Source of the DNA: Candidatus Vampirococcus lugosii
GTDB taxonomy: Bacteria > Patescibacteriota > Gracilibacteria > Absconditabacterales > Absconditicoccaceae
Direction of reading: 5' to 3'
Length of the DNA: 22,680 nt
Assembly: GCF_018420025.1 (NCBI RefSeq)
Contig: NZ_JAEDAM010000013.1
Location: 1 to 22,680, forward strand
In this document: positions 1-9,324 of the stretch, piece after piece
Position numbering within the stretch: position 1 is the first letter of the stretch
Layout: each line of letters begins with the position of its first letter
The notes under the pieces: generated by a model
Databases searched by the model: none
What the model was told of the DNA's origin: nothing
Seen by the model: only the letters and a program-made list of their open reading frames with translations
Program-made: the position numbers and the translations under genes

Positions 1-226
1 TCTTTTAGTATTGAAGGATTCATAAAATTAAAAATTATATTTTAAATATTTATTAATTTAATTATATATATTATAATTAAATTATAAAAATATATACATT
101 ATATATATTTAATATCATTTTATCAAATTATTTTGTATTTAATTTTTGTAATAAAAAACTCTTTAAAAAAAATACAATTTATTTATAATGAAAAAAATAT
201 TTTTAATATTTAAAAATAAAAAAATT

Positions 227-1501
227 ATGTATAAATTAAAAGATGATATTGTTCAAAAAATAATTGATTGTGAAGTTCAAAGACAAGAAGATGGCTTGGA
301 AATGATAGCAAGTGAGAATTATGTTTCAAAAGAAGTAATGATGGCTTGTAGTAATGTTTTTACAAATAAATATAGTGAATGATATGTTTGAAAAAGATAT
401 TATTGATGACAAGAAAATGTTGATCAAATAGAATTATTGGCACAGCAAAGAGCTTTAAAAATATTTAATTTAGATGAAAATGTATGGCATGTAAATGTTC
501 AAGCATTGAGTGGTTGACCTGCTAATTTGGCAGTATATTTATGAGTTTTAAATCCTTGAGATACTATTTTATCAATGGATTTGTCGGCAGGTGGTCATTT
601 GAGTCATTGACATAAATTAAATTGATCTTGAATTTATTACAATATTATTTCTTATTGAGTAAAAAAAGATGATTATCTTATTGATTATGATGATATTGAA
701 CAAAAAGCATTAAAATATAAGCCTTCTTTAATTCTAGCATGATTTTCTGCATATCCTAGAGAGATTGATTGGAATATGTTTAACAAAATAGCAAATAAAG
801 TTCAAGAAAAATATTGATATAAACCTATATTGATGGCTGATATAGCTCATATAGCTTGACTTATTGCTTGATGAGTTTCGTCTTCTCCTTTTCCGTATTT
901 TGATATAATTACAAGTACTACTCATAAAACTTTGAGATGACCTAGATGATGAATTATTTTTTGTAAAAAAGAATTTCAAAAAAATATTGATAGATGAGTT
1001 TTTCCTTGAATTCAAGGTTGACCTCATGAAAATATAATTGTAGCAAAAGCAGTTGCTTTTGGTGAAATACTAAATTCTGATTTCAAAAAATATACTGAAA
1101 ATGTAATACAAAATGCGAAGACTTTTGCATATGAATTACAAAAATTATGATGGAATATTATTACTTGATGAACAGATAATCATATAGTTCTTATGGATAT
1201 TACTACTAAAAATAATAAAGAAACTTGATTATGATGAAAAATTGCTGAAGAAAATTTGGATAATATTGGTATATCTTGTAACAAAAATGTATTACCATTT
1301 GATAATAGAAAACCTATGGATCCTAGTTGAATAAGATTTTGAACTTCTGCTATAACAAGTAGATGACTTTGACAAAATGAAATTATTTCTATTGCTCAAA
1401 TTATAGATCAATCTTTATCAAATATTAACAATCCTGATAAATTAATAAAATTAAAAAGAGAGATTAAAAATATTTGTTCCAAATTTCCTTTAAATTATTA
1501 A
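227..1501 (+). CDS. glyA: Serine hydroxymethyltransferase (TGA read as Gly; alternative upstream ATG at 188)
   Basis: The track ORF 188..382 ends at a TGA, but the frame continues as ...[24 protein letters not shown]. This is the conserved SHMT motif EGYPGKRYYGG, with tga at 380, 389, 404 and 407. Further SHMT motifs follow in frame ([29 protein letters not shown]) up to TAA at 1499-1501. Confidence 0.9.
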
Positions 1502-1538
1502 TTAATATTTTTTTACATTAAGTTAATTTAAAAAATAA

Positions 1539-3035
1539 ATGAAATTTCATATTATAGTTTATGGATGTCAAATGAATTATTCTGATAGTGCTAGAATTAG
1601 AGCAGTATTGATAAATTGTTGATTTAATTATGTTGAAAATATAGATGAAGCTGATTTAGTTATAATTGATACTTGTTCTGTAAGACAAAAATCTGAAGAT
1701 AAAGTTTTTGGTAGATTGAAAGAAATTCCAAAAGATAAAAAAATTTGGATAACTTGATGTATGATACAACATAATTTAAATTTGAATAAATTTAATAAGT
1801 TTGAAGAAACTGTAAATAATATGTTTAATCTTTGAAATTTTCAATGAAATTTACAAACTAAAGAACCTGTAATTGCTTGATTACAAGAAAAAAGTTTGGA
1901 TGATATTATTTACAAATTTAATAAACAAAATCCTAATATTGAAAATTGATTAAAGAAAAATATTTTACTTTTGAATAATGCTTTTAATCCTTTGTACAAA
2001 AAAATAAAATCTACTTTTAATAATCTTGAATTAATTTTTAGAATTGATGATTTGGGTTATATTCCTGTTATTCTAAAAAAATTGGGTTATAGTATAGATG
2101 AAAATAATATAAAAGATATTACAAATGAATATACTTGAATAATACCAAATTGAGCAAATCAATTGCTTGACTACAATTCAAAAGTTGCATATATTCCTAT
2201 ACAGACATGATGTTCTCAATTTTGTGCTTATTGTATAGTTCCTTATGCTAGATGACTTGAAAAAAATAGAAAATTTGAAGATATTATAAATGAAGTAAAT
2301 TATCATATAAATAATTGAGTACAAGAAATTGTATTAGTTGGACAAATCGTAAATAAACATCCAGATTTTAATAAAATAATAAAAGAAATATTAAAAATAA
2401 AATCTTTAAAATGGCTTAGATATACTTCTCCATATCCTACTTATTATAATGATGAATTATTTGATTTACATGAAAATGAAGAAAAACTATGTCCTCATAT
2501 ACATATTCCTGTACAGTCATGATCAAATTCTATTCTTAAAAAAATGTTTAGATGATATACTGTAGAGCAATTTAAAGAATTTATAAACAAAATTCATTCT
2601 CTTGGTAGAGATATTAGTATTACTACAGATATTATCATTTGATTTTGTTGAGAAACTCAAGAAGATTTTCAAAAAAGTTTGGAACTTGTTAAATATTCAA
2701 AATTTGATATGATTTTTATGTGAATATATTCTACAAGACCAGGAACTATTTGAGCCAAAAGATATATTGATGATATATCACCAAAAGTAAAAAGCGAAAG
2801 ATGGGATCAAATGAACGAAGAGCTTAAAAAAATATCAAATGAAAATAATCAAAAAGAAATTTGAAAAGTTTATGATGTAATGATTACTAATATTTCAAAT
2901 TCTGCTATTGCTTATAATGAACAAATGAAAAATATAATTATAGACAAAAATTTAGATAAATTAAAAATATGAGAATTTTATAAAGTAAAAATTGTAAAAT
3001 GAGCTAGTTTTAATCTTTATGCTGAACTTATATAA
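1539..3035 (+). CDS. miaB: MiaB-family radical-SAM methylthiotransferase, with an extra insert between the N-terminal domain and the radical-SAM core
   Basis: The N-terminus MKFHIIVYGCQMNYSDSARI...DTCSVRQKSE is typical of the MiaB/RimO N-terminal domain. The radical-SAM cluster motif IQTGCSQFCAYCIVPYARG is present, followed by HIHIPVQSGSNSILKKMFRGY and a TRAM-like C-terminus. The frame is open only if TGA=Gly. TAA at 3033-3035. Confidence 0.8.
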
Positions 3036-3125
3036 ATATACAAATTAAAAATATTTATTCATTGAAAATATAATTAAAATATATATACTGATGAAATATA
3101 ATTTTTAATTATTGAAAATAATTTG

Positions 3126-4631
3126 ATGAAATTTTATGATAGAGTAAATATTGAAGTTTTTTCTTGAAAATGATGAAATTGAGCATCAACTTGAAGAAGG
3201 GAGGCAAAAGTTCCTTATTGATGACCTTCTTGATGAGATGGTGGTAGATGATGAAATATAATATTTAGATCTACTTACAATGAAAATACACTTTTGAAAT
3301 ATAGATATCAAAAAATATATAAAGCTCAAAGTGGTAAAAATTGACAGTGAAAAGATATGTATTGAAAATCTTGAGATGATTTAATTTTATATGTTCCAGT
3401 TGGAACTTTAATAAAAGATTTGCAAACATGACAAATTTTGAATCATTTTTCTAATGATTGAGAAGAATTTTTGCTTGTAAAATGATGAAGATGAGGTTGG
3501 TGAAATATTCATTTCAAAAACTCTATAAATCAATATCCAGAATTTGCACTCTTGTGAGAACCTTGAATACATAAAAAAATTTGTTTGGAACTTCAATTAT
3601 TGTGAGATTTATGTTTGATAGGTACACCAAGTGTTGGTAAATCTACAATTATTAATTCTGTGAGTAATGCAAAAGCTAAAGTTGCTGATTATCCTTTTAC
3701 TACATTGATACCAAATTTGTGAATGGTTAAACATTATGAAAAGGATTTTTGTATTGTAGATGTTCCTTGATTAGTTTATTGAGCATCAAGTGGTAAATGA
3801 CTTTGATATGATTTTTTGAGGCATATATTAAAATCATCTTTATGGACTTTTGTATTTGATGTTTCAAAATATGATGAATGAATTAAAGATTTTTCATTAT
3901 TATTTGATGAAATAATATGATATTTAAATTTTAGATATATTTGAACTAATGAATTTTGAGAAAAAATTGATTTATTGTATTTTGATATAGAAAATGATGA
4001 AAATTGAATATTATTTATTTGTAAGTGTAAATTTAATGATTGAAATAAAAAAATTATATTTAAAAAATATATTAATTTTGTGGTAAATAAATTAGATTTA
4101 TTAAATGATGAAGAAATAGTAAAAGAATATAATGATAGACTTTTGTATGAAATATCTATTTATATAAAAAAATATACTGATAAAAAAATTATTAATGAAA
4201 TTATTGAAAAAAATATAACATATATTTCTGCAGTAAATAAATTCGGTATACAGAATTTCTTGGATAATTCATATAATTTAGTGAAATTTGATTATTGAAT
4301 AAGTATTTATGATGATATAAAATATAATGATAATTTAAGTATTAAATCTTATATAAAAAATATTACACAGATTATTAAAGAAGAATTATTACAATGATGA
4401 TATATTGAAGAAAATTTTGAAAATCAAATTTGGGAAGTATATGAAAACGAGTTTTCATATTTTTCTTATATACTTCCTTGGTGAAATGAACAAGCAGAAA
4501 AACGATTTTGGGACAAAATGAATAAAGAATGAATACTTACTTGGTTTCATAAAAATTGAATAAAATATTGAGATGTTTTTAAAGTTATAAATAATTATAA
4601 TTTAGATCCGATATATATTAAATATGAATAA
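3126..4631 (+). CDS. obg: GTPase Obg/CgtA with an insertion in the G domain and an OCT-like C-terminal domain
   Basis: The N-terminal Obg fold is glycine-rich (FSGKGGNGASTGRRE..GGPSGGDGGRGGNIIF), and many of those Gly are tga. G1 is [10 protein letters not shown]2 YPFTT, G3 DVPGL, G4 NKLD. The C-terminus ...[21 protein letters not shown] resembles the Obg C-terminal (OCT) domain. The track ORF 4080..4298 is an internal fragment in the same frame. Confidence 0.85.
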
Positions 4632-5097
4632 AAATGAAAAAAATGTTTTAAAAAATTCAAAATTTAATTCAAGATTTATAAGATATACAGTTTTTTTTCT
4701 TACATTATTTATGTCTATTGGTGCTATTAGAAGTTATATTCAGTATTATAATACTATATTGTCTATTAATGAAACTATAAATGAATCACAAGAATATTAT
4801 TTGGAAACTTCTTTTATGACAAATTTTGAACTTCCTTATTTGGAAAGTGATTTGGCTCGTAAATTAATAGCACACGAATCTTGAATACCAGAACAAAATG
4901 AAAAAATAATAAGATTTGAAAATCAAATAAAAAAAAATATTGATAATGATATAAAAAAAGAAGAAATACAAGAAATAGAACAAAAAGAAGAAATTATTAA
5001 AATTATATCTCCTAAAGATTCTTGGAACCATTTTTTGAATTGAAAAATTAATAATATTGATTTTTTGGAAAAAATTAGTAAACTTAATTTAAATTAA
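4624..5097 (+). CDS. Membrane-anchored FtsB/DivIC-like (septum formation initiator-like) protein
   Basis: It has one N-terminal TM helix (FIRYTVFFLTLFMSIGAI). A segment SDLARKLIAHESGIPEQNEKIIRF resembles the conserved ...AR..LG...P.E.I.. tail of the DivIC/FtsB family. It overlaps the obg stop by 8 nt. The track ORF 4624..4884 is its N-terminal fragment. Confidence 0.4.
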
Positions 5098-5124
5098 TAT
5101 TTATTTAAAAAAATTACAAATAAA

Positions 5125-5544
5125 ATGTTTAAATTAATTGTTTATGTTTTAATTATTTTTTTTCTTAATATAAATTTTTCTTTTTCATCACAAGATTGGT
5201 CTGATGCTGAAACTGATCCTAAATGAATAATTGATGCTGTACAATCAGATGTACAAGATACTGAACTTGATAATGTAGGTTGAGATTGAGTATATTGAGT
5301 TTTGGATTCACTAAGACAAAATGTTTGACCATATATAAATTGGATTGTTTTTATTGGTTTGTCTGTTGCTGTAATTTTGATAATTTATAATTGAATATTA
5401 TTGATTACACAATCAATGGATGAAAGTGTTTTGTGAAAAGTTAAAACTAGAATTACTTATTTAGTTTTTTGAGTTATTATACTTACTTGATTTTATTTCA
5501 TATTAGCAATTGTTTGATCTATTATAGCAAATGTTGCTGGTTAA
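5125..5544 (+). CDS. Small secreted/membrane protein with VirB2/TrbC-like (T4SS-pilin-like) architecture
   Basis: 139 codons. Signal-peptide-like N-terminus (MFKLIVYVLIIFFLNINFSFSS), an acidic mature N-terminus, then two hydrophobic helices (WIVFIGLSVAVILIIYNGILLI and ITYLVFGVIILTGFYFILAIVGSII) separated by a short polar loop. This is the layout of VirB2/TrbC-type pilins. The call is architecture-based only. Confidence 0.4.
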
Positions 5545-5604
5545 TTATATTGAAATATCTTGTAATATATATTAGTGATTTATAAAAATAAATTTTTTTA
5601 ATAA

Positions 5605-6099
5605 ATGAAAGATTATTGATTTAAAATAAAAGTATCCGACTTATTATTGAATATAGGTAGTGAAGATAAAATAAAATTTGAAAATAAATTTGTTGATTCA
5701 ATAGATAATTTAACAGAAGATTGAATTGAATGAATAGTAAATCTTGAATGATTAGATCATAAAACTGTAAGAGTTAGATTAGAAAAATTAAAATGCAATT
5801 TGCAAGAAATTTGTGAATTAAGTTGAGAGAAATTTTTATTGGAAATAAATGTTTCTGATTTTGAAATGAATTTTTTGGCATTAGATTTGCAAGAAATAAT
5901 TGAAAATTATGGCGACGAATTTTGACAAATAGATATTAAAAATTTAACTATAGATATAAGTGATATGATATATCAAGCTATACAATTAAATAAACCTATA
6001 AGTATTAGATCAGAAAAATACTCAAAAATAAATGATATAAAAAATGAAGATTATACAAGTAATCTTAATACTATTAATTGGATTTATAAGAATAAATAA
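5605..6099 (+). CDS. YceD/DUF177 family protein (large-subunit rRNA accumulation protein-like)
   Basis: 164 codons. The pattern ...VRVRLEKLKCNLQEICELSGEKFLLEINVSDFEMNF...IDISDMIYQAIQLNKPI matches my recollection of the DUF177 layout (Cys-containing beta region, then a ...iDl...i.e.i.L..P tail). Open only with TGA=Gly. Confidence 0.5.
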
Positions 6100-6134
6100 A
6101 AAATAAATATTTAATAAATTAAATTTGTAAAAAT

Positions 6135-6911
6135 ATGAAAATAGCTTCTTGGAATGTAAATTGAATAAGAGCAGTTATAAAAAAATGATTACTAGATTGG
6201 ATAAATGATAATGAATTTGATATATTTTGTCTACAAGAAACTAAAGCTTTTGAAAATCAAATACCAAAAGAACTTTATACTGTTTTGGATAAATATTCTT
6301 ATATATGGCATAATTGAACTAGAGCAGGTTATTCATGAGTTGCAACATTTTTTAAGAAAAAACCTAATTCTAATAATAATAAATTGTTTTTTTGTGAAAT
6401 TTTTGAACAAGATTGAAGAATAATTGAAACTGAATATGATGATTTTGTCTTATTAAATATATATTTTCCAAATTGATGAACAAAATCAAATTGAGATGAA
6501 ATGTTATCTCATAAATTAAATTTTTATAAAAACTTAATTGAATATGTAAACAATATTTTAAAAGAATGAAAAGAAGTTATTATTGCTTGAGATTTTAATA
6601 TTGCACATACAGAAATAGATTTAGCTAGACCGAAAGACAATAAAAATTCAATATGATTTTTACCCATTGAAAGACAATATTTAGATTTATTACATAATGA
6701 ATGATATATAGATGTTTTTAGATATTTTAATCCTGAATTATTGGATAAATATACTTGGTGGAGTTATAGAGCTTGAGCTAGACCTAGAAATGTAGGTTGG
6801 AGAATAGATTATTTTTTTGTCTCAAAATGATTGTTATCAAAAATAAACAATGTATATCATCAAGACCAAATTTTGGGTTCTGATCATTGTCCCATAGTTT
6901 TAGAATTTTAG
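6135..6911 (+). CDS. xthA: Exodeoxyribonuclease III (AP endonuclease family)
   Basis: MKIASWNVNGIRA...DIFCLQETK...NIYFPNGG...IIAGDFNIAHTEIDL...[25 protein letters not shown]...GSDHCPIVLEF shows the full set of ExoIII/EEP motifs. About 14 of roughly 17 Gly are tga, counted by eye. TAG at 6909-6911. Confidence 0.88.
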
Positions 6912-6919
6912 TTGTGCGA
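6911..6919. repeat. Left arm of a 9-nt inverted repeat (GTTGTGCGA) bracketing the R-M cassette
   Basis: GTTGTGCGA at 6911-6919 starts on the last base of the xthA stop codon. Its exact reverse complement TCGCACAAC lies at 9245-9253. Both are G+C-rich words in a very AT-rich background. Confidence 0.35.
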
Positions 6920-7019
6920 CATATTTTTAAATATTTTTTCTCAAATAGAAATTTTGTTAAAGAATTTAAAAAAGGAATGGAATTTTTATCTTTTTATTTT
7001 AATTAGGGGTTAAGCGGAT

Positions 7020-7048
7020 ATTTTTTGCTCCAAGTATTCGCAAAAAAT
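7020..7048 (+). promoter_or_regulatory. Perfect 9-bp hairpin/palindrome upstream of the methyltransferase (possible xthA terminator or cassette operator)
   Basis: ATTTTTTGC (7020-7028), an 11-nt loop, then GCAAAAAAT (7040-7048), followed by a T-rich tract (gtttatttatttt). It lies about 85 nt upstream of the M start and about 110 nt downstream of the xthA stop. Confidence 0.25.
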
Positions 7049-7133
7049 GTTTATTTATTTTAAATGTAGAAAATTTTTAAGAAATTGTTATATATAGACA
7101 TAAGAATATTTAATCATTCAAACTAAAAAAGTT

Positions 7134-8081
7134 ATGAAATTTATTGATTTATTTGCAGGAATTGGAGGAATTAAAATAGCATTGGAAAATGCTGGTTTTC
7201 AGTGTGTTTTCTCTAATGATATTGATAATTATTGTAAAATAACTTTTGATATAAATTTTTCAGAAATATTTGAAATAGAAAAACAAATGTTTTTAGGTGA
7301 TATAAATAAAATATCAACTCAAAAAATTCCAGATTTTGACCTTTTATGTGGAGGTTTTCCTTGTCAACCTTTTTCTGTTGCAGGTTATAGACAAGGTTTT
7401 AAAGATGAAAAAGGTAGAGGTAATGTTTTTTTTGATATTATAAGAATATTAAAAGATAAAAAACCTAAAGCATTTTTATTAGAAAATGTAAAAAATTTAA
7501 AATCACATGATAAAGGAAATACAATAAAAGTTATTTATGAAGAATTGGAAAAACTTGGATATAAAGTTATTGATAAAGTTATGAATGCAATGGAATATGG
7601 TAATATTCCACAAAACAGAGAAAGAATTTATATTGTTGGTTTTTTAGATCAAAAATCTTTTAATAACTTTAAATTTCCTACAAAGATACCTCTTGAAAAA
7701 AATATTCACGATTGTTTAGAAAAAAATATCGATAAAAAGTATTATTATAATGAAAAACCACTATATAAAAAAATAAAAAATGATATTACAAAAAAAGATA
7801 CTGTTTATCAGTGGAGAAGAAAATATGTTAGAGAAAATAAAAATGGTGTTTGCCCTACTTTAACAGCAAATATGGGTATGGGGGGGCATAATGTTCCAAT
7901 AATTTTAGATGATAATGGAATTAGAAAATTAACACCAAGAGAATGTGCAAATTTTCAAGGTTTTCCTGATAATTATATTTTGCCTAAAATTGCTGATTCT
8001 CAGCTTTATAAACAGTTTGGAAATTCTGTTGTAATTCCAGTAGTACAAAGAATTGCTGAAAATATGAAAAAGGCTTTATAA
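7134..8081 (+). CDS. DNA (cytosine-5)-methyltransferase, Type II R-M modification subunit
   Basis: All canonical C5-MTase motifs are present: I FIDLFAGIGG, IV GGFPCQPFSVAG, VI ENVKNL, VIII QNRERIYIVGF, IX RKLTPRECANFQGFP, X QFGNSVVIPV. The TRD region is ...CPTLTANMGMGGHNVPII. The ORF is intact in the standard code. It has 22 Gly, none encoded by TGA. Stop is TAA. Confidence 0.93.
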   Translation: MKFIDLFAGIGGIKIALENAGFQCVFSNDIDNYCKITFDINFSEIFEIEKQMFLGDINKISTQKIPDFDLLCGGFPCQPFSVAGYRQGFKDEKGRGNVFFDIIRILKDKKPKAFLLENVKNLKSHDKGNTIKVIYEELEKLGYKVIDKVMNAMEYGNIPQNRERIYIVGFLDQKSFNNFKFPTKIPLEKNIHDCLEKNIDKKYYYNEKPLYKKIKNDITKKDTVYQWRRKYVRENKNGVCPTLTANMGMGGHNVPIILDDNGIRKLTPRECANFQGFPDNYILPKIADSQLYKQFGNSVVIPVVQRIAENMKKAL

Positions 8082-8106
8082 ATTTACTGTTTAATAATAT
8101 AAAAAT

Positions 8107-9168
8107 ATGAATTATTATAAATTAACATTAGAAGACTTTAAAAGAGTATTTGAGTTTGGAACAAATTATTACATTGATCCATCTAAAAATACTACAGGTA
8201 GAACAACAGGAGAACCAAGAGGGCTCGGTGCTATTCTTGATGCATTTACTTTAGGTAAATTGACAGAAATTGGAGTTGAAAAAATTTTATGGGAACATAA
8301 TAATCATAAAAAATATATTTTAGATTTTGATATAAAATCTAATTCACAAGTGAAAGATGAACCAGATATTATACAAATAAATGAAAGTCAAATAAGCAGA
8401 GAACCTAATATTTTTATTGAAATTAAAAATACTTCTGACAACGATCGTTGGATAGGTTTAACTGAAGAACAATTTAACACAATAAAAAGAAGTGCTGAAA
8501 ATAGAAAAATATATATGATCTATGCTTCGATTCATTCTGATACTATTGAAAACAATCCAAAAACAACAGATTTGACAGGAATGTTTTTTAAAGAAATTGA
8601 AGATCAAAATAAAAGTGTTATTTTTCAAAAATTTGCTAGTTTAAATGCAAAATGCAAAATTGAATTTATAATTTCTTCAGATGATTTAATAAATTTTGCA
8701 TTTCCTTTTGAAAGAGGAATGAATATGTATGAAACAAATCTTTTTGAAGAGAAAAAGATAACCTCTTTTTATTCACAAGGAGGAACAAAAATCAGAAAAG
8801 ATATTTTGAATATTAAAGAATTTAATAAATTTAATGGCATAAAAAAATTAGAAATATCTAACGGGATTCTTATAGAAAAAAAAGAAATTTCAGAATTTGA
8901 AATAAAAGGTGATTTTAAACTAATTACAAAAAAGAAAAAAACTTATATTGAATGTCTTTCTGATGTATTTATTAAAAATGAAATATTTGGTAAATTCCAA
9001 TTGAAAAGTAAAAAGTTTTATAGTTTTAATTTAGCGACAGTTGGAAGAGATCCTAAATTAAAAAGAAATAATTTATTTATTGCGAAAAATAGAATTTATC
9101 AACTTATAGATGATCAATCAATTAGAAATCCACAAGATATATTAGTAGAAATTGCAAATAATATTTAA
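8107..9168 (+). CDS. Putative Type II restriction endonuclease (PD-ExK nuclease core plus an uncharacterised C-terminal half)
   Basis: It starts 25 nt downstream of the MTase on the same strand. It contains a candidate PD-(D/E)xK catalytic motif: ...KDEPDIIQINESQISREPNIFIEIKNT (PD ... EIK). I recognise no other family. 17 Gly, none TGA. Stop is TAA. Confidence 0.6.
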   Translation: MNYYKLTLEDFKRVFEFGTNYYIDPSKNTTGRTTGEPRGLGAILDAFTLGKLTEIGVEKILWEHNNHKKYILDFDIKSNSQVKDEPDIIQINESQISREPNIFIEIKNTSDNDRWIGLTEEQFNTIKRSAENRKIYMIYASIHSDTIENNPKTTDLTGMFFKEIEDQNKSVIFQKFASLNAKCKIEFIISSDDLINFAFPFERGMNMYETNLFEEKKITSFYSQGGTKIRKDILNIKEFNKFNGIKKLEISNGILIEKKEISEFEIKGDFKLITKKKKTYIECLSDVFIKNEIFGKFQLKSKKFYSFNLATVGRDPKLKRNNLFIAKNRIYQLIDDQSIRNPQDILVEIANNI

Positions 9169-9189
9169 AATAAGGTGTTTTTCTTTTTT

Positions 9190-9262
9190 CAAGAGGGGTT
9201 AGTTTTCGGGATCGTTGCACTTTCGCTCCTAATGTCGCTCACCCTCGCACAACAGCATATAT
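9190..9262. other. Anomalously GC-rich patch immediately 3' of the R gene (foreign-DNA relic, structured RNA or small-peptide ORF)
   Basis: caagaggggttagttttcgggatcgttgcactttcgctcctaatgtcgctcaccctcgcacaacagc is far more G+C-rich than anything else non-coding in the window. It contains the right arm of the inverted repeat (9245-9253), the AGGGGTTA direct repeat (9194-9201; the other copy is at 7005-7012) and a TCGCTC...TCGCTC internal repeat. Confidence 0.5.
9245..9253. repeat. Right arm of the 9-nt inverted repeat (TCGCACAAC)
   Basis: Exact reverse complement of 6911-6919. It lies 77 nt after the R-gene stop and 72 nt before the dedA-like start. Confidence 0.35.
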
Positions 9263-9324
9263 ATCTTTTGATATTTATTTTAAATAAAAATTATTAATGA
9301 AAACTATATTACTAATTTTGAAAC

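Noticed and set aside
1-45. Possible 3' end of an upstream plus-strand gene (…SFSIEGFIKLKIIF*)
   Set aside because: Only 14 codons are visible, so there is no way to support a coding call from the sequence.
380-409. TGA = Trp (Mycoplasma/Spiroplasma code 4) as the explanation for in-frame TGAs
   Set aside because: TGA aligns with invariant glycines (EGYPGKRYYGG, GxxGxGKT, SYGG, DGxGYP). TGG is still used at expected Trp positions.
734-1027. Track ORF, 97 aa, minus strand
   Set aside because: Antisense to glyA. It is a low-complexity S/R/N-rich translation with no motif.
3408-3596. Track ORF, 62 aa, minus strand
   Set aside because: Antisense to obg, which is strongly supported on the plus strand.
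6205-6423. Track ORF, 72 aa, plus strand
   Set aside because: Out of frame within xthA. The xthA frame carries all the ExoIII motifs.
9190-9262. tRNA or other canonical small RNA gene in the GC-rich patch
   Set aside because: I could build no cloverleaf. There is no T-loop GTTCRA-like box and no acceptor-stem complementarity. It is kept only as an unexplained GC-rich element.
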